Shown here in pieces: positions 1-8,165 of a stretch of 64,000 bases of DNA (the stretch's first letter is position 1; each line of letters opens with the position of its first letter). The translations under genes were made by a program, and so were the position numbers. The DNA is from Candidatus Falkowbacteria bacterium (lineage in GTDB: Bacteria; Patescibacteriota; Patescibacteriia; Patescibacteriales; UBA12465): positions 773 through 64,772 of the forward strand of contig JAAZJO010000001.1 of assembly GCA_012800315.1 (NCBI GenBank), in the 5' to 3' direction. A model generated the notes under the pieces. The model searched no databases and was not told the origin of the DNA. It saw only the letters and a program-made list of their open reading frames with translations.

Positions 1-313
1 TATATTTATCCCGAAAAGAATCTAGGGCACTTTGTTTAGAAATATAATTTACCGCCCTAACCTTATCGGAGGCAGCAATTCTATCTTTTAACACCATGAT
101 TTCCGTATCAGAAGCATCTGCTTTTAAATAAAGGCTAATATTTATTTTCTCCTTAATCGCAGTGACAGCATCATCACTAATTACGCGCACAATCAAAAGT
201 GTATTAATGGAAAATAAGGAAATTACTAAAATCGTCACCGTCACCAAGGTTAACCAAATATTGCGAGTGATGTCTTGAAAACTAAATTTAATAATATGAA
301 ATAAAGATTGCAT
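1..313 (-). CDS. ftsX: Cell division permease FtsX, N-terminal part (3' end lies beyond window start)
   Basis: Not in the ORF track because it runs off the window. My translation from the ATG at 313 is MQSLFHIIKFSFQDITRNIWLTLVTVTILVISLFSINTLLIVRVISDDAVTAIKEKINISLYLKADASDTEIMVLKDRIAASDKVRAVNYISKQSALDSF..., i.e. an N-terminal TM helix followed by an FtsX-type extracytoplasmic domain. It starts 2 nt after the ftsE stop, the canonical ftsE-ftsX order. Confidence 0.75.
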   Translation of the reverse strand, partial: MQSLFHIIKFSFQDITRNIWLTLVTVTILVISLFSINTLLIVRVISDDAVTAIKEKINISLYLKADASDTEIMVLKDRIAASDKVRAVNYISKQSALDSFRDKY

Positions 314-315
314 AT

Positions 316-993
316 TTATAAAATATATTTACCGCGCGCTTGATCGCTAATAATTTGCCCTTGCTCCATTGTAACGACCCGACGATTCAAACGATTAACG
401 ATTTCTTTATTATGAGTAACTAAAATAATTGTCGTGCCAAATTTATTAATACGTAAAAGTAAATCAATAATTTCACTAGCGTTTATCGCATCAAGATTGC
501 CAGTTGGTTCATCCGCTAATAATATTTTTGGTTGATGAACTAGGGCCCGAGCAATCGCTGCTCTTTGTTTTTCCCCGCCAGAAACTTCATTAGGATAACG
601 ATCCTTCTTATCTTCTAAGCCAACAATCCGCATAACACTAGGCACAATTTTCTTAATCTTGGCAGCTGAACTACCAGATACTTCCAAAGCGAAAGAAACG
701 TTTTCTTCTAAAGTTTTTTTAGGTAAAAGTTTAAAATCCTGAAAAATAACTCCAATTTGACGACGTAAATATGGGACTTCTCGTCTAGAAATTTTAGTAA
801 TATCCCAATCACCAACAATTACTTGACCATCATCTGCTCTTTCTTCACCAATCAAAATTCTTATTAACGTAGTTTTACCGGCCCCTGATTGACCCACAAT
901 AGAAACAAACTCTCCCGGCTCTATTCGTAAATTAACCGAACGTAAAATTTTTGTTTTATTATATGATTTAGAAACGTTATGAAGAGTGATCAT
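316..993 (-). CDS. ftsE: Cell division ATP-binding protein FtsE (ABC ATPase)
   Basis: Walker A GQSGAGKTT, ABC signature VSGGEKQR, Walker B ILLADEPTGNLD. Length is 225 aa, and an ftsX-like gene lies immediately downstream. Confidence 0.9.
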   Translation of the reverse strand: MITLHNVSKSYNKTKILRSVNLRIEPGEFVSIVGQSGAGKTTLIRILIGEERADDGQVIVGDWDITKISRREVPYLRRQIGVIFQDFKLLPKKTLEENVSFALEVSGSSAAKIKKIVPSVMRIVGLEDKKDRYPNEVSGGEKQRAAIARALVHQPKILLADEPTGNLDAINASEIIDLLLRINKFGTTIILVTHNKEIVNRLNRRVVTMEQGQIISDQARGKYIL

Positions 994-995
994 AA

Positions 996-2462
996 TTAAT
1001 TTTTAACTTGACGCAAACCATATTTAATCATCTGCTCATTATCAGCCAAACTATTAACCTTAGAAGTTGATCCAAAATTAATAATAATTAAATTATCTTT
1101 TTCGGTTTTTATTCTAGTGATTAAACAATTACCTGCCTCATCAAGATAACCAGTCTTTGAACCAATAATTGAATACTGTGGATTAGTAACTAATTTATTA
1201 GTGTTAGTGATTGTATGTGCTTTTTTAGTGTTAACTGTAGTAAATCTATATCTGGCAGTCGTACTAATCTTTTGAATTATAGGATTTTTAAAAACCTCTC
1301 TTGCTATTATAGCATAATCAGCCGGAGAACTCACATTCTGTGGCGACAAACCAGTTGGCTCAACAAAAAAAGTACTAGTGGCGCCCCAATCCTTTACTTG
1401 CTCATTCATTCTTTTAATAAATTCTGAACGCTTTAAACCACTAACGCGCACTAAACTCTCTACTGTATTGTTGGCTGAACCTACTAGTGAACTATATAAT
1501 AAATCCTCAATCGTCATGGTTTCACCAGACTTAACATTTAATTTAGCTATCTCCCAAGGATTACAATATTGATAATTATAATTTTCATCCTGCGCTTGAT
1601 AAGCAACAACATTATTCAAAGTTGGTCTTGTGTCTAAAAAAACTTTAGCCGCCACTAATTTAGTCAAACTAGCTAAAGGAGAAACATTGTTTTCATTTTT
1701 GCCCCAAATAATACTACCATCACTTTCTTTAACAATAATCGCTGACGAAGCAGACACTATTGGTGTGGCTGAAATTTGTGGCGCCACTTCCCCAGTCGCT
1801 ACTTTTAATGGTTCAATTTTAACTCTAACTACTCCTGCTCCTAAGGAAGCAATTTCCTGAAAAGCGAGTTTATCAAGATCAATAACACGATCTGGAAATT
1901 TATCCCTCTCTGGACCAAAATCATTAATCGTCACATTAACTGACTTTCCATTATCTAAATTAATCACTTTCAAAACAGAGCCTTTTTTAAAATCTGGCGA
2001 AGCGGCGTATAGTCCACCCTTATAAGCATACCAGCTAGCTTTACCAACTGTTAAAATATTATGATTAGCTAAAACAATCACTTTTCCAGAAGTTGAAGTG
2101 ATAACCGCGGTTACTGAATTATCTGCTGGATTATCAGTCGTTGGCAAAGGATTCCAAGCACCAGACAAGGCATCAACAATGAAAATCTGTTTTAAATAAT
2201 TATCCGTTTGATCATAATTAATTTTAATTGTCATCGGAAAAGCGGGATCATAGGTATGTGGATTATTAAAAGAATATTCAAAAACTGGAGTTAAGGCATC
2301 CCACTCCCAAGGAAGACCAGTTGCTGGAGAGCTAGTGGCGACAATCGCCTTTTCAGTAAAATTAGGCGTGATAAACTCAGTCTGGGCTGCTTTAGTTGCC
2401 ACTGGCACAAGAAAAAAAAGAAGGGCCCCTAAACCAATTAATTTTTGATACTTTAACTTCAT
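996..2462 (-). CDS. Secreted fusion protein: RlpA-like double-psi beta-barrel domain plus D-alanyl-D-alanine carboxypeptidase (peptidase S11 / PBP5-like)
   Basis: Signal peptide MKLKYQKLIGLGALLFFLVPVATKAA. RlpA/DPBB-like block GKASWYAYKGGLYAASPDF..VLKVINLDNGKSVNVTINDFGP...RVIDLDKLAF. Serine beta-lactamase-fold motifs appear in order: SLTK (SxxK), SAN (SxN), KTG (GSKTGY). Confidence 0.75.
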   Translation of the reverse strand: MKLKYQKLIGLGALLFFLVPVATKAAQTEFITPNFTEKAIVATSSPATGLPWEWDALTPVFEYSFNNPHTYDPAFPMTIKINYDQTDNYLKQIFIVDALSGAWNPLPTTDNPADNSVTAVITSTSGKVIVLANHNILTVGKASWYAYKGGLYAASPDFKKGSVLKVINLDNGKSVNVTINDFGPERDKFPDRVIDLDKLAFQEIASLGAGVVRVKIEPLKVATGEVAPQISATPIVSASSAIIVKESDGSIIWGKNENNVSPLASLTKLVAAKVFLDTRPTLNNVVAYQAQDENYNYQYCNPWEIAKLNVKSGETMTIEDLLYSSLVGSANNTVESLVRVSGLKRSEFIKRMNEQVKDWGATSTFFVEPTGLSPQNVSSPADYAIIAREVFKNPIIQKISTTARYRFTTVNTKKAHTITNTNKLVTNPQYSIIGSKTGYLDEAGNCLITRIKTEKDNLIIINFGSTSKVNSLADNEQMIKYGLRQVKN

Positions 2463-2500
2463 AGAATATATTAAAATTATTTATTATTAAAATTATTTAA

Positions 2501-2530
2501 TTGACTAAACTGCTAACTTATCTTTATAAT
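2501..2530 (+). promoter_or_regulatory. Sigma70-like promoter for the tRNA pair (TTGACT-18 nt-TATAAT)
   Basis: TTGACT at 2501-2506 and TATAAT at 2525-2530. tRNA-Gly begins 28 nt downstream of the -10. Confidence 0.5.
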
Positions 2531-2558
2531 TATACTTGCCTCTATAAAATATTGTTCT

Positions 2559-2630
2559 GCGGGTATCGTATAATGGTTATTATATCAGCTTCCCAAGCTG
2601 AGGAAGGCGGTCCGATTCCGCTTACCCGCT
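2559..2630 (+). tRNA. tRNA-Gly (anticodon CCC), no encoded CCA
   Basis: Hand-folded cloverleaf. Acceptor GCGGGTA/TACCCGC; anticodon stem TCAGC/GCTGA with loop TTCCCAA; T arm GGCGG-TCCGATT-CCGCT; discriminator T. The T loop reads TCC instead of the usual TTC. Confidence 0.8.
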
Positions 2631-2636
2631 CAAATA

Positions 2637-2709
2637 GCCGAAGTAGCTCAGCTGGTAGAGCAACGCACTCGTAACGCGTAGGTCAGGGGTTCAAGTCCCC
2701 TCTTCGGCT
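2637..2709 (+). tRNA. tRNA-Thr (anticodon CGT), no encoded CCA
   Basis: Acceptor GCCGAAG/CTTCGGC; D arm GCTC-AGCTGGTA-GAGC; anticodon loop CTCGTAA; T arm AGGGG-TTCAAGT-CCCCT. Closely resembles bacterial tRNA-Thr(CGU). Confidence 0.9.
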
Positions 2710-2714
2710 CACAA

Positions 2715-3146
2715 TTAACCAAAAAAATAATTCCACCATTTCTTAAAATTACTTTCTGAAGTGGTGTTTTTATTTATTTCATCAGCCGTAGTGGCTATTG
2801 GTAAATTTTCAATCACGACAACCTGTTCACCCGGCTTCTTCATATTTAAATTAAGACGAGCCTGCTCTTCTAAAGACTGATCGGACTGCAAATAATCAAT
2901 CATCTGGCGTAAATCTTGGTTTGTTTTTTCAAAAACGGCAATCTCTTCTTTAACTTCATTAATTTCTTTCTCCACAATTCGTTTTTGAGTATACACTTTC
3001 GCTAGAGGAAAAATAATTAACAAAATAAAAACTAAACCCACCATCGCCAAAAAACGTTGGCTAGAAAAAAAACGATAAAAAAAATTATCTGGCTTTCTTG
3101 TTTGTCCAGCGCTAAGCACGCGTGGCTGTATTTTATGCTTATCCAT
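2715..3146 (-). CDS. Septum formation initiator family protein (FtsB/DivIC-like)
   Basis: Single TM helix (FLAMVGLVFILLIIFPLAKV), then a coiled coil, then the family-typical ...DQSLEEQARLNLNMKKPGEQVVVI segment. Confidence 0.7.
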   Translation of the reverse strand: MDKHKIQPRVLSAGQTRKPDNFFYRFFSSQRFLAMVGLVFILLIIFPLAKVYTQKRIVEKEINEVKEEIAVFEKTNQDLRQMIDYLQSDQSLEEQARLNLNMKKPGEQVVVIENLPIATTADEINKNTTSESNFKKWWNYFFG

Positions 3147-3189
3147 TAGCCTCTATTATAGCATAAAAAATGAATAGTAAAAAATCTAT

Positions 3190-4785
3190 TTAACGAGACT
3201 TTGGTGTTACCCAAAAACCCATATATTTTCCGCGCATTAATCTAATTTGCGCATCAAAACAAGGAATTGCACCAAAAACAATAATGGTAATTGGAACAAA
3301 AATCCATTCCAAAACCATCTTCACATTTTTCCAAACTGTATATTTTTTCGGTCTCTTCGGTAATAATAAAGAAGTAATAATGGCTGAAAAAACTAAACCA
3401 ATCATAGCCACCGTCATTAAATTTTGCGTTATAGTCGGCAAATTACCAGAAAGCACTGTAGAATTAAAACGATCACCGCCAATTAACATCGGCATCCAAC
3501 CAATAACTGCAATAATTAAAGCATTAGTTGCCCAAGACCAAAAACCATGAATCTGAATAATAATATGACCAATCAACTTCCGACGATCAACTGTGTGCCA
3601 ACGTTTAGCTGTGTTAAAAATTAAATAAGGAATATTTTCTGCGCCCCACGCCCAGCGACGTTGCTGTTTATATAAGCTCTGGGCAGTGCGCCAAAAATTT
3701 TGATCAAAGGTAACATCCATAGAAACTTTATAATACAAAGGTTCAACCCGATAATCACCATTATAATACAACAAACAATCCCAAAAAATGCGAGAATCTT
3801 CGCTCACCATCGCTGGCGACCAATAGCCAATCTCTTTTAAAGCAGCAAAAGTCATTGAATGAGAAGAATAAGTAACTAAACTTTCCTGGCGAATTTGCAT
3901 AATCATCTGCCAGAAGGTATTAGAGGAAGCAGTTAAACGGGAAAAAAATGGCGTTTCCCAAATATTATTATGATAAACCGGAATCGGCTGATAGCTAGCT
4001 CTATATGGCTCGCTAACAGTTAAAAACTTATAAGTTAAAGCAAAAAAATAACCGGGATGCACAACCGTATCAATATCAAAAACACTAACCAATATTTTTT
4101 TTATATCTAAATTCTCTTTTTCAATAATTTCTCGGTTAACAATCTTAACGGCCCAAGCCTGATTCGCCCCCTTGCCTTTTATTTCTCCTTCAATATTATC
4201 CGGATGCCAAGTGATTAAAAAGTGCCCAAACTTATCACCAAACTCTTCTTGAGCTATCGCTGCAATTTCTTTAGCGCTTTGTCCCGCTCTTTCCTCCATC
4301 GCCAAATTAACAATCATTCGCTCTGTTGGATAACCATCATTAACCAAAGACTCTAAAGCTCCCCGTACAATTTCAATTCCTTCTCCATAAGTTGGCAAAA
4401 TAATTAATTGCCAGAGACTATCCCAATGAACACCTTGAGCTGCTAATGAATCTGGAGAGACTTCTTTTAAATTCATTTCTTCTGAATTTCCTTCTTTCAA
4501 GCGTTGGCATTTTCCCTGCCAATCAATTGCTAGTCCCTTAGTTAGTTTGCGATAAGAGCTAACTAAAAAAAGAGCCATATAAATAACCAAAAGCAACCAA
4601 TAAACATCAAAAGCAATCACAAAATAAGCTACCCAAACTGGTTTAAAATAAGAAAAAACAGTTAAGACAACTAGAGTAGTAATAGAAATAAAGCCCGGTA
4701 ATGTTTCTAAAAAGCGATAAAACTTATAATCTTTACCACTTAAATCTGTTGCTTTACCAACTTTTAAATAATTTACCTGTCCCAT
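3190..4785 (-). CDS. Integral-membrane family-2 glycosyltransferase (processive, cellulose/chitin-synthase-like)
   Basis: Multiple TM helices at both ends. Central GT-A domain has DxD-like VFDIDTV, an ED motif (VSEDSRIFW) and the QxxRW signature (KQQRRWAWG). Confidence 0.75.
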   Translation of the reverse strand: MGQVNYLKVGKATDLSGKDYKFYRFLETLPGFISITTLVVLTVFSYFKPVWVAYFVIAFDVYWLLLVIYMALFLVSSYRKLTKGLAIDWQGKCQRLKEGNSEEMNLKEVSPDSLAAQGVHWDSLWQLIILPTYGEGIEIVRGALESLVNDGYPTERMIVNLAMEERAGQSAKEIAAIAQEEFGDKFGHFLITWHPDNIEGEIKGKGANQAWAVKIVNREIIEKENLDIKKILVSVFDIDTVVHPGYFFALTYKFLTVSEPYRASYQPIPVYHNNIWETPFFSRLTASSNTFWQMIMQIRQESLVTYSSHSMTFAALKEIGYWSPAMVSEDSRIFWDCLLYYNGDYRVEPLYYKVSMDVTFDQNFWRTAQSLYKQQRRWAWGAENIPYLIFNTAKRWHTVDRRKLIGHIIIQIHGFWSWATNALIIAVIGWMPMLIGGDRFNSTVLSGNLPTITQNLMTVAMIGLVFSAIITSLLLPKRPKKYTVWKNVKMVLEWIFVPITIIVFGAIPCFDAQIRLMRGKYMGFWVTPKSR

Positions 4786-4796
4786 AGATAATTTAT

Positions 4797-5372
4797 TTAT
4801 ATAATCACGTTTCTTCTTTTTAGCTCAAAAAAACATTCTGCGCAAGCCTTGACATCAACCAAGGCATCATGGGCATCTGGAAAACTAGTCTGAAATAAAA
4901 ATTGATATAATTCAGTTAAGTTTGGCCACTTATATCCACCATGACCATTATCAATCTGGCAAAGCTGAACACTTGCTTTCATGGTACAAATTTTATTCGC
5001 TGTGAGTAAAGGATTTTCCATTTGTAAACGCAATAATTCTGAGCCAACAATTTTTTCATCAAAATCAATATTATGACCGACTAAATATTCAGCTTTTTTA
5101 ACATCATCAATAAAATGTTCAAGCGCCTGACGAAGCTCAACTCCCTCAGCTAATGCTCTGGCTTGAGTAATGCGGTGAATTTTTGCTATCTCCTCCGGAA
5201 TCACAAAACCATTCGGCTTAATAATATAATTATAGCTCTCCCAATGATTCCCTTCAGCATCATAAAGACTCCAAGCCAACTGCACAATTCGTGGCCAATT
5301 AGAAAAATCATCAAGTGGTGCTTGATAATTTTTCGGCAATCCGGTTGTTTCTGTATCAAAAATTAAATACAT
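4797..5372 (-). CDS. DnaQ/DEDDh-family 3'-5' exonuclease
   Basis: Exo I LIFDTETTGL, Exo II LVGHNIDFDEKI, Exo III HDALVDVKA (DEDDh pattern). 191 aa, stand-alone. Confidence 0.8.
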   Translation of the reverse strand: MYLIFDTETTGLPKNYQAPLDDFSNWPRIVQLAWSLYDAEGNHWESYNYIIKPNGFVIPEEIAKIHRITQARALAEGVELRQALEHFIDDVKKAEYLVGHNIDFDEKIVGSELLRLQMENPLLTANKICTMKASVQLCQIDNGHGGYKWPNLTELYQFLFQTSFPDAHDALVDVKACAECFFELKRRNVII

Positions 5373-5376
5373 AATT

Positions 5377-7176
5377 TTATAACTTATTATCTGAAATAAT
5401 CATCTCCACTCCTTCCGGCAAATCTCTTTCTTGGTTACTCCTTTTAGCTACTTGATTCTGATCATTATGCTTAGTTATTGTTTCAATCTTTTTTATTTCT
5501 CGTCCCCGAAAATCAACCGGCTTCGCTTTAGCCAAATCTGCTAAAGATAGGGTTGGGGTTTCATTAACTAAAACCGTTTCTTCTTTTAAGCGTTTTTTTT
5601 CTATCTCTTTTTCTATTTTTCTTTTTTCCACTTCCAATCTTTTTTCTTCCTTTTTGCGACTCAAACATTCTTTACAATATACCGGCCTAATACCATCGGG
5701 AATAAAAACTGTAGTTGTCATTTGGCCACAACTAGAACAAATCGCTTCATGCCCCGAGGTACTAACAATTCGGGGATGATTAGCTGATTGATTAGTTAAT
5801 TTAGCTTCTGTCTTTACTTTCTCCGAGCGATTTTCTGTTTTAGACACTGAGTGAACTGAATTAGTGGCTAAAACTTTCTTGGCTGGCCCAATATCCTCAT
5901 TATAACTTTCATGCCAACGCATAATTTTTTCTTCAACACTCGCTCTTTCTGAAGCATACTTCTCTCTAGAATAAGCGATTACCTTAGCTGTATTATTAGT
6001 TTTTTCACTTGCCGGCAACGGCGGTAGTCCGCGAGCAGAAAATGGCGCTGAAGCAACTCCATCAATCATTAGTTTTAAATACATTTCATACTTCGGCAAA
6101 TTAACTAAATCTTCCTGGGTAAAAGTTGGCAAAAACTCTTTCTCTAATTCTTCAGCATCAGCCGCTCCCACCCGATAAGCCACTATTGTTCCCACATTAC
6201 CAAAAACTGCTGGTTTAACTTTTTCGCTTAGTTGTTCAATGTATTGGTGAGCTAAAACAAGATTTAAACGATATTTTCTTGCTTCTGATAAAATATTAGC
6301 AAAAGAATCAGTGGAAAAGTTTTGAAATTCATCAATATACAAATAAAAATCACGACGCTCTTTTTCTGGAATATCTACCCGGCTCATCGCTGCTAACTGA
6401 ATTTTAGTAATCATCATCGCTCCGAGTAAAGCTGAATTATCTTCTCCAATACGTCCTTTTGATAAATTCATAATTAAAATCTTGCCACTATCCATTATTT
6501 CACGGATATTGAATGATGACCTTACTTGACCAACAATATTTCTCATTAAAGAGTTAGATAAAAATTGACCAACTTTATTTTGGATAGGTGAAACCGCTTC
6601 CGAGGCAAATTTATCAGCATAGCTAGAAAATTCCTTCTCCCAAAAAGCCTTAACTACCGGATCTTTAATATTAGCAACTACTCTCTTACGATAATTCTTA
6701 TCTGATAACATTCTAATAATACCCATCAAAGTAGAACCCGGAAAATCTAAAATTGCTAAAATAGCATTGCGTAAAATATATTCCAAACGAGGCCCCCAGG
6801 AATCAGCCCAGAGTTTTTGGAAAACGCCGATCAAGCCAGAAGCGACTAAATGACGTAAATGTGGCTCAACTTGCTCAACCACATTAAAAGCAATCGGAAA
6901 ATCAATGTCTGCCGGATTAAAATAAACGACATCTTGGATACGATTATCTGGAATATAATCAATTATTTTTTCTGCTAAATCACCATGTGGATCAACCACT
7001 GCCACCCCAAAGCCAGCACGAATATCATCAACAATCATGTTTTCCAAAACAGTTGACTTACCCATACCAGTTTTCCCAATCAAATACATGTGGCGACGCC
7101 GGTCATCAGTTTTTATGCCGAATTTTTTAAATTCGTTACGATAAGTTGTTTGGGCAAAAACCGTAATATCCTTCAT
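5377..7176 (-). CDS. VirD4/TraG/TraD-like (type IV coupling-protein-like) P-loop ATPase, soluble, with K/E-rich linker and C-terminal CxxC-x17-CxxC zinc ribbon
   Basis: Walker A GKTGMGKST; Walker B-like FYLYIDEFQNF; RKYRLNLVLAHQYIEQL resembles the TraG/VirD4 C-terminal core. No N-terminal TM helices. C-terminal CSSCGQMTTTVFIPDGIRPVYCKEC has exactly 17 residues between the two CxxC pairs. Confidence 0.55.
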   Translation of the reverse strand: MKDITVFAQTTYRNEFKKFGIKTDDRRRHMYLIGKTGMGKSTVLENMIVDDIRAGFGVAVVDPHGDLAEKIIDYIPDNRIQDVVYFNPADIDFPIAFNVVEQVEPHLRHLVASGLIGVFQKLWADSWGPRLEYILRNAILAILDFPGSTLMGIIRMLSDKNYRKRVVANIKDPVVKAFWEKEFSSYADKFASEAVSPIQNKVGQFLSNSLMRNIVGQVRSSFNIREIMDSGKILIMNLSKGRIGEDNSALLGAMMITKIQLAAMSRVDIPEKERRDFYLYIDEFQNFSTDSFANILSEARKYRLNLVLAHQYIEQLSEKVKPAVFGNVGTIVAYRVGAADAEELEKEFLPTFTQEDLVNLPKYEMYLKLMIDGVASAPFSARGLPPLPASEKTNNTAKVIAYSREKYASERASVEEKIMRWHESYNEDIGPAKKVLATNSVHSVSKTENRSEKVKTEAKLTNQSANHPRIVSTSGHEAICSSCGQMTTTVFIPDGIRPVYCKECLSRKKEEKRLEVEKRKIEKEIEKKRLKEETVLVNETPTLSLADLAKAKPVDFRGREIKKIETITKHNDQNQVAKRSNQERDLPEGVEMIISDNKL

Positions 7177-7214
7177 GTTTTTTTATTTACAAAAATTATC
7201 ACTAATTATTAACC

Positions 7215-7940
7215 CTAGCTTCTTACTTCACAAAGCTTAACATATTTTTTTCCAATAGCCGCAAACTCGGTCATTTCTTTAGCGGTATAACCAGCCTCTC
7301 CCTTAAGTTTAGCGTCAACTAATTCAGTATCTGATTTAAAATTTTGCAAATACCATTTTTCCGCCCCCTTAATTATTTCTCCCATTTTATCAATATCTTC
7401 TTTAACTAAAAGACCGGGGACAACCGTCGTTCTAAACTCATAAGGAAGTCCACTAGATATAATCATTTTAGCACTTTTTCTAATATTATCACAATTAACT
7501 TTAACTCCTACTACCTCTTCATATTTATCCAGCGGCGCTTTTAAGTCCATGGCGATATAATCAATTAATTTTTCTTTCAGCAATTTTTCAATCATGCCTG
7601 GGTTAGTACCGTTAGTATCTAATTTAACTAAATAACCAATTTCTTTTATTTTCTTAATAAAAGACGGTAAATCGGGATGCATAGTTGGCTCCCCGCCAGT
7701 AATAACAACCCCATCAAGGCGTCCAAATCTTTCCCTTAAAAAAAGAAAAAGGTCTTCAGTGGAAAGTGCAGAAAAACCTTTTTCTTCTTTATTTTTTACA
7801 TCCTCTCCCTGACGGGGCAGGACAAGCATTGGGTTATAGCAAAAACGACAACGGAAATTACAACCTTGGGTAAAGATTATGGCCGCTAAATGATCGGGGT
7901 AGTCAAGAAAAGTTAATTTCTCTAAACCACCAATTATCAT
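7215..7940 (-). CDS. nrdG: Anaerobic ribonucleoside-triphosphate reductase activating protein (radical SAM)
   Basis: CxxxCxxC cluster CNFRCRFCYN, glycine-rich SAM motif VVITGGEP, located downstream of nrdD. Confidence 0.85.
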   Translation of the reverse strand: MIIGGLEKLTFLDYPDHLAAIIFTQGCNFRCRFCYNPMLVLPRQGEDVKNKEEKGFSALSTEDLFLFLRERFGRLDGVVITGGEPTMHPDLPSFIKKIKEIGYLVKLDTNGTNPGMIEKLLKEKLIDYIAMDLKAPLDKYEEVVGVKVNCDNIRKSAKMIISSGLPYEFRTTVVPGLLVKEDIDKMGEIIKGAEKWYLQNFKSDTELVDAKLKGEAGYTAKEMTEFAAIGKKYVKLCEVRS

Positions 7941-7955
7941 AAGCGTGTAGTCTAA

Positions 7956-8096
7956 TTATTCGGCGCAAACCTTAAAGGTTTTTCTATCCTTATATTCAGA
8001 CGCTTTACCGGGATTATAGTTCTTTACCGGTGTTAACCAGCCAACCACACGGCTGTAAACAATACATTCTTGTCTTTGAGTTTTAATTGGGCTCAT
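7956..8096 (-). CDS. 46-aa ORF carrying the NrdD C-terminal glycyl-radical motif (detached NrdD C-terminus)
   Basis: Below the ORF-track size cutoff. My translation: MSPIKTQRQECIVYSRVVGWLTPVKNYNPGKASEYKDRKTFKVCAE. The YSRVVGW...N.GK..EY.DRK pattern matches the extreme C-terminus of class III RNRs (..YsRi.GY..pv..wN.GK..Ef..R). It lies between nrdD and nrdG, 15 nt upstream of nrdG. Confidence 0.6.
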   Translation of the reverse strand: MSPIKTQRQECIVYSRVVGWLTPVKNYNPGKASEYKDRKTFKVCAE

Positions 8097-8165
8097 ATTT
8101 TTGTTTTATATTAAAATTATAAATAATATTTACTTAAATTACAATGTGCAAAATAATTAACAACT

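Noticed and set aside
1215-1860. Three plus-strand ORFs (70, 64 and 76 aa) in the ORF track.
   Set aside because: They lie entirely antisense to the well-supported RlpA/PBP5 fusion gene, and their translations are low-complexity. They are shadow ORFs.
8097-8165. Possibility that NrdD and the 46-aa glycyl-radical ORF are joined by stop-codon read-through, a frameshift or a self-splicing intron (phage T4 nrdD carries a group I intron).
   Set aside because: The two ORFs are in the same frame, but the 69-nt spacer has four additional in-frame TAA codons, so read-through or a single sequencing error cannot join them. At 69 nt of almost pure A/T with no evident pairing, it is far too short for a group I or II intron. 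The split is kept as a finding; only these mechanisms are rejected.
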